A stretch of 52,669 nucleotides of DNA. Source: Acidimicrobiia bacterium (lineage in GTDB: Bacteria > Actinomycetota > Acidimicrobiia > Spongiisociales > ZC4RG35). The stretch spans positions 1 to 52,669 of the forward strand of contig JBFHXF010000003.1 in assembly GCA_041599115.1 (NCBI GenBank), in the 5' to 3' direction. A program made the translations under genes and the position numbers. This document shows, in pieces, positions 23,000 to 30,669 of this stretch (positions are counted from its first letter, which is position 1; every line of letters begins with the position of its first letter). Below the pieces are notes generated by a model. The model was not told where the DNA came from. It saw only the letters and a list, made by a program, of their open reading frames with translations, and did not search any database.

Positions 23000-23844
23000 G
23001 CCGCCTCGACGTCCGAAAGACCTACAAGCTCTATGTCGGGGGACAATTCCCTCGATCAGAATCAGGTCGCTCCTACCCGGCTCTGGGCCCGGAGAATCAG
23101 GTGCTCGCCAGGGTGGCATTGGCCAGCAGGAAGGACCTTCGTGACGCCGTCAGAGTGGCAAGAAAGGCGCAGCCCGACTGGGCGGGCCTGACCGGCTACC
23201 ACCGCGGGCAGATCCTCTACCGGGTTGCCGAGACACTGGAGGACCGGGCAGACTCGTTCGTCGGGCTGCTGCAGGACCTCGGCGCCACCCGATCCAAGGC
23301 AAGAACGGAGGTCGGCCGGTCAGTCGACAGAATCGTCTGGTATTCCGGTTGGGCGGACAAGTTTGCCCAGATCTACGGGAACCTCAACCCGGTGGCCGGA
23401 CCTTTCTTCAACATCTCTTCTCCCGAACCGACCGGCGTTGTCGGATTGATCGCACCGGAGGAGCCCGCTCTGCTCGGACTCGTCACCAATCTGGCCCCGA
23501 TCCTGGTCCCGGGCAATACCGTGGTCGCCCTGGTGTCAGAGAGCGCGCCCACGCCAGCGATCACCTTTGCCGAGGTCCTGAACTCGTCAGACCTACCCGG
23601 AGGAGTGGTCAACCTGTTGACCGGATCGAAGGATGAGCTGATCCCTTATCTCGCAGACCATATGGATGTCAACGCCGTCGCCGTCGGTGGCGCCACCCCG
23701 GACCAAACCGAGCGAGTCCAGGAGGGCGCGGTCCACAATGTCAAGCGGGTGGTTCTACCTCGAGCCGATGGGGTGATGCAGAGTCCGTACCAGATCGCCG
23801 CATTCACCGAGATCAAAACGGTTTGGCATCCCAAAGGGCTCTAG
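22996..23844 (+). CDS. Short aldehyde-dehydrogenase-family partner protein lacking the catalytic domain
   Basis: KTYKLYVGGQFPRSESGR...EIKTVWHPKG; the usual third gene of the deoC-ALDH-ALDH operon. Confidence 0.85.
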   Translation: MSRLDVRKTYKLYVGGQFPRSESGRSYPALGPENQVLARVALASRKDLRDAVRVARKAQPDWAGLTGYHRGQILYRVAETLEDRADSFVGLLQDLGATRSKARTEVGRSVDRIVWYSGWADKFAQIYGNLNPVAGPFFNISSPEPTGVVGLIAPEEPALLGLVTNLAPILVPGNTVVALVSESAPTPAITFAEVLNSSDLPGGVVNLLTGSKDELIPYLADHMDVNAVAVGGATPDQTERVQEGAVHNVKRVVLPRADGVMQSPYQIAAFTEIKTVWHPKGL

Positions 23845-23856
23845 GAGGAGTCTCGC

Positions 23857-25083
23857 ATGAGCCCAAGTCGTGCCGTGGTGGACATCGGCGATCCCGATCT
23901 CTACATCGATTCCGTTCCACATTCTCGATTTCGCAGGCTCCGTGACGAGCAGCCGCTCAGCTTCCACGAGGAGGCAGACGGATCCGGGTTTTGGGCGCTG
24001 GTCCGCTACCAAGACGTAGTCGATGTGGGTCGGGATTGGCGCACCTTCTCCTCGGCGCAGGGCAGCACTCTCGAGGAGCTGGACGAGGATCAACTCGCCG
24101 TGCGACGCTCGATGCTCGACCTCGACCCGCCCGCACACACCCGACTTCGCCGACTGGTGACACCGGCTTTCACACCCAAAGTGGTGCGCAGCTACGAGAC
24201 GGCCTTCCGAGAACTCACCCGGGATGTCATCGGCAAAACTGCGGCGCTCCGCCGATTCGACCTCGTCGAGGTCGTCTCCAAACAGCTCCCGGTGCTGTGG
24301 CTGTGTCGCCACCTTGGAGTCCCCGAGTCAGAGGCCGATCGGATGATCGAGTGGACCGACCGGATGCTGGGCCAGAGCGACCCCGAATATCTGGAAAGCG
24401 ACGATGACGATCGGACGCGATACGCCCCATTCGGCACGATCGCCGGGCTCGAGGCCTACCGGTACGCAGCCCAGTTGGCCGCCGAGCGGCGGAACGATCC
24501 CACCGATGACCTCATGTCGAAGATCCTCTTCGCCGAACCCAACGGCGAGCCACTTACCGACGCCGAGTTCCAGAATTTCTTCACCGTCCTGATGATCGCC
24601 GGTCAGGAGGCCTCGCGGCACGCCGTTTCTCATGGCACTCTCGCCTTGATCCAGAATCCCGAGCAGCTTGCTCGGCTGCAGGATGATTCGACGCTGATGA
24701 CCACCGCCACCGAGGAGATCATCAGGTGGGCGACGCCCATCTACCAGTTCCGACGCACCGCTACCACCGATGTGACGATGCACGGCGAGACGATCAGATC
24801 GGGAGACAAGGTGACGGTGTGGTACATCTCAGCCAATTTCGATGAAGCCATGTTCGATGACCCGCTGGCATTCGACGTTGGCCGAACTCCCAATGACCAC
24901 GTCGCCTTTGGAAAGGGCGGGCCCCATCTGTGCCTCGGCGCCGGTCTGGCGCGACTGCAGGTCCAAATCGCTTTCGAAGAACTGCTGCCGCTGATTCCTC
25001 GGATGAAGCTCGACGGGCCGGTCGAGAGGCTTCGCTCCAACTTCATCCACGGGATCAAGCACCTGCCGATTGTCATCGACTGA
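23857..25083 (+). CDS. Cytochrome P450 (CYP124/125-like), I-helix Thr replaced by Ala
   Basis: DPPAHTRLR, EEIIR (ExxR), FGKGGPHLCLG heme Cys; I-helix reads AGQEAS. Confidence 0.93.
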   Translation: MSPSRAVVDIGDPDLYIDSVPHSRFRRLRDEQPLSFHEEADGSGFWALVRYQDVVDVGRDWRTFSSAQGSTLEELDEDQLAVRRSMLDLDPPAHTRLRRLVTPAFTPKVVRSYETAFRELTRDVIGKTAALRRFDLVEVVSKQLPVLWLCRHLGVPESEADRMIEWTDRMLGQSDPEYLESDDDDRTRYAPFGTIAGLEAYRYAAQLAAERRNDPTDDLMSKILFAEPNGEPLTDAEFQNFFTVLMIAGQEASRHAVSHGTLALIQNPEQLARLQDDSTLMTTATEEIIRWATPIYQFRRTATTDVTMHGETIRSGDKVTVWYISANFDEAMFDDPLAFDVGRTPNDHVAFGKGGPHLCLGAGLARLQVQIAFEELLPLIPRMKLDGPVERLRSNFIHGIKHLPIVID

Positions 25084-25091
25084 CCCGCGGA

Positions 25092-26225
25092 CTATTTCTT
25101 CTGCATCCGCTCCAGAACTGCCCTGGTGAGACTCTCGATCTCGTCGGACGTGACCGCGCCCCTCTCCCACAAGACCTGGTTCACCGCACGCCGGACCCGC
25201 GATTCCTGTCGAAGAGAATCCAGGCCACCGCCCCTCTCATCGGCTCTGGTGCCCTGGCTCGGCGTGACCTTCTTCAGAGGGCCCGGGTCCGGGCTGGGGC
25301 CGTCGAAGCCGAGAGCCGCCACCCGTGAGCGCACTGTGTCAGCCGCCTTCTTCATGAGCCCCATCTCTTCGTCGGTGAGGGACAGTTCGACGACTTCGAT
25401 AACTCCCCGACCTCCCAGACGGGCCGGCACTCCGAGGTACACATCGGTGAGCCCGTATTCGCCACGCAGGTAGGCGCAGGCCGAAACGACCCGTCTCTCA
25501 TCGCCGGCAATGGCCGTGGCCATGTCGGCGATCGAAGCCGAAGGCGCCATCCAGGCCGAGCCCCTCGGCAGAAGCGCAACGATCTCCGCACCGCCGTTCC
25601 GGGTGCGCTCGACAAGTTCCTCCACGCGCGAGGCCGGAAGGAGCGAGGTCAGTGGGCGGCCCGCCACATTGGTCAACCGGGGCAACGGCACCATCGTCTC
25701 GCCGTGAGACCCAAGCACGATGGCGTCGACTTGGTCGGGATGGACACCGAGCTCGGCCGCAATGAAATACCGATAGCGGGAGGTATCGAGCTCACCCGCC
25801 ATTCCCACGACCTTCTCCGACGCAAAGCCACTGGCCTTCCACGCCAGAGTCGTCATCTCGTCGAGAGGGTTGGTGACGATGATCAAGATGGCGTTGGGCG
25901 ACCGCCGGCTCACTTCCTCGGTCACCCCCGCGACGATCTCGGAGTTCGTGGCCAAGAGGTCCGAGCGGCTCTGACCGGGCTTGCGGGGAAGGCCCGCGGT
26001 GATGATGACCAGATCCGAACCTTCCGTTGGTCCGTAGTCAGAGCTGCCGACGATGTCGATGGTGTGGCCCCGCAACGGGGCCGACTGAGCGAGGTCCAAG
26101 GCGACTGCCTGAGGCAGGCCTTCGACCACGTCGATGAGGGCCAACGATGTGGCAGTCCGATCCTCGAGCAGACGCAATGCGGTTGTGGCTCCAACCATGC
26201 CCGCGCCGACCACCGATACCTTCAT
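25092..26225 (-). CDS. mdh: LDH-like malate dehydrogenase with C-terminal encapsulation-peptide-like extension
   Basis: VGAGMVG, TAGLPRKPG.SRSDL (MDH Arg), VTNPLD, LDTSR, GSHG, RTRNGGAEIV; ~69-aa tail ending DEIESLTRAVLERMQKK. Confidence 0.88.
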   Translation of the reverse strand: MKVSVVGAGMVGATTALRLLEDRTATSLALIDVVEGLPQAVALDLAQSAPLRGHTIDIVGSSDYGPTEGSDLVIITAGLPRKPGQSRSDLLATNSEIVAGVTEEVSRRSPNAILIIVTNPLDEMTTLAWKASGFASEKVVGMAGELDTSRYRYFIAAELGVHPDQVDAIVLGSHGETMVPLPRLTNVAGRPLTSLLPASRVEELVERTRNGGAEIVALLPRGSAWMAPSASIADMATAIAGDERRVVSACAYLRGEYGLTDVYLGVPARLGGRGVIEVVELSLTDEEMGLMKKAADTVRSRVAALGFDGPSPDPGPLKKVTPSQGTRADERGGGLDSLRQESRVRRAVNQVLWERGAVTSDEIESLTRAVLERMQKK

Positions 26226-26539
26226 GACTCACCTTCACAGCCGCAAGAGTGTTCAACTCTGAGCATCACCGCCGTCACCAGATCCTCCAGGCCGGAGAGA
26301 TCGCGTCCGGTCTTCAGCAGGGCCCGGCGAGCGATCATTCGCACCTTCGACTCCTTCACCAATCGATGAAGGCCGGGCTTGTGGCTCGGTTCAGACCCGG
26401 TGGTCGTCTCGTCGAAGGCCACCCCCAACACCGCGGCCCGGTCCCTGGCCAGAGGGGTCACCAGCGTGTCGTCATCGACGGCGAGCCCGGTACCCGCCGC
26501 CGCAGCGGCTTCCACCTCGGCGCGGGTGACGACTCTCAT
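26222..26539 (-). CDS. Small BMC-associated protein (VTPLARD domain, encapsulation-like helices, CxC tail)
   Basis: MRVVTRAEVE...DTLVTPLARDRAAVLGV resembles the small domain of EutQ-type BMC accessory proteins; ATGA overlaps with both neighbours. Confidence 0.75.
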   Translation of the reverse strand: MRVVTRAEVEAAAAAGTGLAVDDDTLVTPLARDRAAVLGVAFDETTTGSEPSHKPGLHRLVKESKVRMIARRALLKTGRDLSGLEDLVTAVMLRVEHSCGCEGES

Positions 26540-27153
26540 GACTCTCGACCGGGTATTCCGGCCAGAGCTGCCGTGGCTGCGTCCCGTGCGGTGAGGATAT
26601 CGGACTCCAACCCCGAGAGAAAAAGGCGGCCAAAGCGGCCGGCATTGGAAACGTACACGATGTCGATATCGGCGCTCTTTTCGGCTTCGTTGGCGGCGAG
26701 GCTGGCATACGCCGCCGGGAAGACCTCCATGACGCACAGGGTCCGTCCCGGCACGAGCAGCGAGCCCCGGCGAAACTTGTTGATGAGTTGGGCCTGGTGC
26801 GGGTCGACGTTGGTGATCACCTGGCTCGAGGCCACGACCGGTCTGAAACGGTCTTCCTCGGACACGCCGAGGTAGTCGAGGATCGCCCCGCCCGCTGCTC
26901 TGACCGCGGCCTGGTCGTAGGAGTGCACCTCCAGCAGCCCGAACTCCCGTTCGATGAACTGGGTGGCGGGCCGGACCGGCGCCGCCTTCAAGGCAGCATC
27001 GGCCACGGCGAATATCTCATTCGAAGGTGCCATCTCCACGAACAACTCGGCCATCCCCGCAACCGGGACATCACCCTGAACGGTGGCCCCAACGTAGGCC
27101 GCATACTGGGGCTGCATGCGATCTATGAAAACGTAGGCCCTCAGTTCGCTCAT
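26536..27153 (-). CDS. BMC-T tandem-domain shell protein, double-stacking (CcmP/BMC-Tdp) type
   Basis: ELRAYVFIDRMQPQYAAY, EMAP, EREFGLLEVHS, PAAYASLAANEAEKSA, GRFGRLFLSG. Confidence 0.92.
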   Translation of the reverse strand: MSELRAYVFIDRMQPQYAAYVGATVQGDVPVAGMAELFVEMAPSNEIFAVADAALKAAPVRPATQFIEREFGLLEVHSYDQAAVRAAGGAILDYLGVSEEDRFRPVVASSQVITNVDPHQAQLINKFRRGSLLVPGRTLCVMEVFPAAYASLAANEAEKSADIDIVYVSNAGRFGRLFLSGLESDILTARDAATAALAGIPGRES

Positions 27154-27154
27154 C

Positions 27155-28636
27155 TCAGACTCCTTGCAACGGCCGGTCCAGACGGGCGAGGACCCGGTGG
27201 ATGAGGTCTTCTGCCATGGCCTGACCGTTATTGGCCAGGTTGGCCAGACCCGATGGGTGGGCATTCGAGGCGTTCATCAGTTCACGCCAATCGCGTATTC
27301 CGCGGGCGACCCTCTTGCGGTTGATGAGGTGCAGCGGTCCGATGTTGTCCGCTGTGATGGTGCCGCCCCAGGTACCGGTGCCCAACATGAAGGACGGCGA
27401 CAACCCCGCGGTGCCGCCCATTGCCCCGAAACAGGACGGGGTGTTGACCAGGACGCGGAAGGCTCTCATACGGGCGCCATATGCCGCCGCCACCCGCTGA
27501 TCGGATGCCCATATCGCCGCCGTGTGTCCGTCGCCGCCATAGCGGAGCAATTCTCCGGCGCGGGCAAAGCCCTCGTCTGTGCCGCCCGTCTCATACCACT
27601 TGAGGGTGGAGGTGAGGATCTCTTTCGATAGAGGATGTTCGGGACCTACCCCTTGTGGAGTCACCACCAGGACCGTCGTCGAGGGATCAACTCTCAGCCC
27701 CGCCCGCTCGGCGAGGACCTGGGGGGACTGTCCCACCAGCGCCGGATTGACCGCTCCCTCCGAGGTGAGAACGACGGCCTCAAGCCTCTTCGTCTCGTCG
27801 TCCGTGAGGAATCTCGCCCCCGCCATCTCGAAGGTCTGACGGGTGCGGATCGCAATGCCTTTGTCGACGACCACGGCCTGTTCGGAGGCACACGGGGTCC
27901 CGAAGTCGAAGGTGCAACTGGCGATGGTCCCCGTCACGCAGTCGTCCAGGTCGCCCACAGACTGGTGGATGTAGGAGGGCACGTTCCCCGGGCCCACTGC
28001 ATACGTCGGTTTGCCCGATGAGTAGGCCGCCTTGACCATGGCTATCGACCCTGTGGCGAGGACGACATCCACCGCCCAGTGCGACCAGAGCTCCTGAGTT
28101 CCTGGCAGCGACACCTCGGTCATGCACTGCACCAACCCCTCGGGAGCTCCGACGGATGAGAGGGCCTTCACCAGTGTTTCGGCGGCAGCAACTGACGCTT
28201 TCATGGCGCGCGGGTGGGGGGCCATGACGATCGCGTTGCGTGCCTTGACCGCGATGAGAGCCTTGAAGAAGACGGTTGATACCGGGTTGGTGGTTGGAAT
28301 CAGGGCGGCGATCACGCCCATCGGCTCGGCTATCTCGACAACCCCCGCCTCCGCCCCGGCCGAGATAACCCCGACGGTGTGGAGGGGGGCGATTGCCTCG
28401 TACACATCGATTGCGTTGAATAGATCCTTGATGAGCTTGTGATCAGACCGGCCATAACCGGTTACTTCCACCGCCAGCTCCGACAGCCCTGGAGAGGCTC
28501 GACGGGCGGCCTGGGACATGGCCTCTACCGCACGATCGACCTCTGGCTGCGAGGCGTCGGCCCAGAGCCGCGCCGCTTCCCTGGCTTTGACCGCGAGGTC
28601 GCGCGCCTGCTGAATCGACTGCAGGTCGGTGTCCAC
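27155..28636 (-). CDS. Acylating (CoA-dependent) aldehyde dehydrogenase, EutE/PduP/AdhE-N family, with C-terminal encapsulation peptide
   Basis: PTTNP.ST, HPRA, AYSSGKP, GPGN, FDFGTPCASEQ (catalytic Cys), EIL, GHTA, LGTGTWGG; tail MAEDLIHRVLARL. Confidence 0.93.
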   Translation of the reverse strand: MDTDLQSIQQARDLAVKAREAARLWADASQPEVDRAVEAMSQAARRASPGLSELAVEVTGYGRSDHKLIKDLFNAIDVYEAIAPLHTVGVISAGAEAGVVEIAEPMGVIAALIPTTNPVSTVFFKALIAVKARNAIVMAPHPRAMKASVAAAETLVKALSSVGAPEGLVQCMTEVSLPGTQELWSHWAVDVVLATGSIAMVKAAYSSGKPTYAVGPGNVPSYIHQSVGDLDDCVTGTIASCTFDFGTPCASEQAVVVDKGIAIRTRQTFEMAGARFLTDDETKRLEAVVLTSEGAVNPALVGQSPQVLAERAGLRVDPSTTVLVVTPQGVGPEHPLSKEILTSTLKWYETGGTDEGFARAGELLRYGGDGHTAAIWASDQRVAAAYGARMRAFRVLVNTPSCFGAMGGTAGLSPSFMLGTGTWGGTITADNIGPLHLINRKRVARGIRDWRELMNASNAHPSGLANLANNGQAMAEDLIHRVLARLDRPLQGV

Positions 28637-28639
28637 GGA

Positions 28640-29959
28640 CTACCTGTAGAAGCCGAACACGCGGCAAACGCCGGACTCAGCGCATCGCCCTCCGATGGCG
28701 CCGTGGTCCACGTGATGCAACATCTCGTCGGGACTCATGCCTGCGAGCCCGAGGCTCTTGATGGTTCTTCCCTCTTCCCACCAATCGATCCCGCACATGG
28801 CGGAGGCGAGATGAACCATCGAATCGATCGTCGGCGTGGGAACACCGAGAGCGCAGCCAAGGCTGGCAATGGGGACCAGTGAGTTGGGGACATCATCGAG
28901 GATGTGGTTCTGGGCGAGCAAGTGACTCGGAGCGGTGAACCCTTCGTAATAGGGGTTGCGCATCAAGGCGTCGTAGATGTCTTCCCCCACGACGTGGTAG
29001 CTCTCGCGATACCAATCGAGCAACGACCACACCTCTCGCAGACCCAAAGCCCGTGCCACCGACTGCTTCTCCTTGTCGATCTTGTCCATCACGAGGCTGG
29101 CAATGGTCCGGGTGACCTGGTGTTTGTAGAACTTGAGATCCTCCCCTGCCGCGGTTCGCTCGATCACCTGGGTGTTGAGCATCACCGTTCCCGGATGAAC
29201 GATGGGCGCGACGTTGTTGAGGCTGGTCTCCAAGACGTTCTGAGCCGGTTCGATTTGCGGGTAGAGATCACGCACATACTCCATCAAGCCGTCGTTGTCA
29301 GAGGCGGGCAGGGCCGCAGCCCGCATCCTGAACTTCTCCTTGAGGATCTCCACCTTGTTGGGACCGCGTCTCTCTGCGGCGTATATGAAGGTTTGGGTCT
29401 CTCCCAGATAGATCCTGGCCGAACAGGCGAACCGGTTGAGCGTCCGAGCGAATTCCAGGGCGCCCCCGGTCCGCCCGGGGTTGAGCAACACCCGTTGGCC
29501 GTCGCGCAGCATGGGAGCCAGCAGCGAGGCATAGACCCGATGAGACAAGGCGGGAGCCACCACCATGATCAGGTCGGCCCCCTTGACCGCCTCATCGAGG
29601 CTGCGAGTGACCTTGGCCACCTTGCCGAAGCCCTGGACCTCAGGCCCGATGACCTCCACCCCGCCCGACTCCTCGAGCGGCTCGATCTCCCAGGAAAAGG
29701 GCGACCAAACCGTCACCTGAAAACCGAGAATCGCCATGTGGCCGGCCATGGCCAGGCCACCGTTTCCGCCACCGAGTATGGAGACCTTCATCGACCCGGC
29801 CCTCTTGGCGCGTCGGGAGGGATCGACAGCTCGTTCGAACGTCACCGCACCACGAGACTGCATTGGGGCATCGGCCGGGACACGGGCCCCGGTTCCCGTC
29901 ACCCCATGTGTCTGAAGTTCGGCGATGATTGCATCGACTAGGTCGTCGTTGCCTGCCAC
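28640..29959 (-). CDS. NAD(P)-dependent opine (octopine/nopaline) dehydrogenase family protein with 56-aa N-terminal encapsulation-peptide extension
   Basis: ILGGGNGG, LNPGRTGGALEF, ETQT, LETSLNN..PIVHP, DKEK, DDVPNSLVP, GRT..SLGL. Strong SD AAGGAGG before GTG; N-terminus NDDLVDAIIAELQ. Confidence 0.88.
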   Translation of the reverse strand: MAGNDDLVDAIIAELQTHGVTGTGARVPADAPMQSRGAVTFERAVDPSRRAKRAGSMKVSILGGGNGGLAMAGHMAILGFQVTVWSPFSWEIEPLEESGGVEVIGPEVQGFGKVAKVTRSLDEAVKGADLIMVVAPALSHRVYASLLAPMLRDGQRVLLNPGRTGGALEFARTLNRFACSARIYLGETQTFIYAAERRGPNKVEILKEKFRMRAAALPASDNDGLMEYVRDLYPQIEPAQNVLETSLNNVAPIVHPGTVMLNTQVIERTAAGEDLKFYKHQVTRTIASLVMDKIDKEKQSVARALGLREVWSLLDWYRESYHVVGEDIYDALMRNPYYEGFTAPSHLLAQNHILDDVPNSLVPIASLGCALGVPTPTIDSMVHLASAMCGIDWWEEGRTIKSLGLAGMSPDEMLHHVDHGAIGGRCAESGVCRVFGFYR

Positions 29960-29974
29960 GGCGCCTCCTTGGTT

Positions 29975-30265
29975 TTACTTGCCCTGCAAGAGGATTGCTT
30001 CGGTGTCCTGATGAGGTCGTGGAATGACATGCACACTCACCAATTCGCCAACCTTGGCGGCAGCAGCGGCACCGGCGTCGGTGGCCGCCTTGACGGCTCC
30101 GACATCGCCTCGCACTATGACCGTGACGAGACCGCCTCCCACCATCTCCTTGGAGACCAGGGTTACGTTGGCAGCCTTCACCATCGCGTCGGCGGCCTCG
30201 ATTGCGCCAACCAATCCCTTAGTTTCAATCATTCCCACTGCGCTGAGACTTTGCCCGTCAGCCAT
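29975..30265 (-). CDS. BMC-H hexameric shell protein (EutM/PduA/CcmK family)
   Basis: [26 protein letters not shown]...GDVGAVKAA...VHVIPRPH. Confidence 0.97.
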   Translation of the reverse strand: MADGQSLSAVGMIETKGLVGAIEAADAMVKAANVTLVSKEMVGGGLVTVIVRGDVGAVKAATDAGAAAAAKVGELVSVHVIPRPHQDTEAILLQGK

Positions 30266-30362
30266 TTCGCTTTCTCCTTCTCGTTCAACTCGGTCGTCGA
30301 AGCGACCCTCTTTTTCTTTCCTCTAAGACTTGGAATCGCCGTAGTCCCGCACCCCCCTGTTC

Positions 30363-30659
30363 TCAACGAACCTTGACATAGGTGGCTTCGTCGCCCGCCT
30401 GGATCGAGTCCAGGATGCTCACGATCGAGACATCTGTGGGTGTCGATCGGGTTGACTCGGGAACTCTTGCCGCCGATCCCGTGGCGACCAGCACGATCTC
30501 CCCGACCCCGGCGCCCACGGTGTCGACGGCGACGAAATGCTCACCGTCTTCTAGTTTTCCGTCAGTGCCGCACGGGGCGCACAGCATCAGCTTCTGTCCC
30601 GTCAGATGGGTATCTTTTGCTGTTGATACGACGGTACCGACGATCTTGGCCAGCCTCAT
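30363..30659 (-). CDS. BMC-P pentameric vertex protein (EutN/CcmL family)
   Basis: MRLAKIVGTVVSTAK...VAVDTVGAGVGEIVLVATGSAAR...DVSIVSILD. Confidence 0.96.
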   Translation of the reverse strand: MRLAKIVGTVVSTAKDTHLTGQKLMLCAPCGTDGKLEDGEHFVAVDTVGAGVGEIVLVATGSAARVPESTRSTPTDVSIVSILDSIQAGDEATYVKVR

Positions 30660-30669
30660 TTCGCCTCCA

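Noticed and set aside
20568-23844. deoC and two ALDHs as cargo of the nearby BMC (sugar-phosphate-utilisation type)
   Set aside because: They are on the opposite strand, lack clear encapsulation helices, and the ALDH is non-acylating. deoC-ALDH-ALDH is a common standalone actinobacterial operon.
26536-30659. Eut, Pdu, GRM or carboxysome locus
   Set aside because: No ethanolamine ammonia-lyase, diol dehydratase, glycyl radical enzyme or RuBisCO genes in the window.
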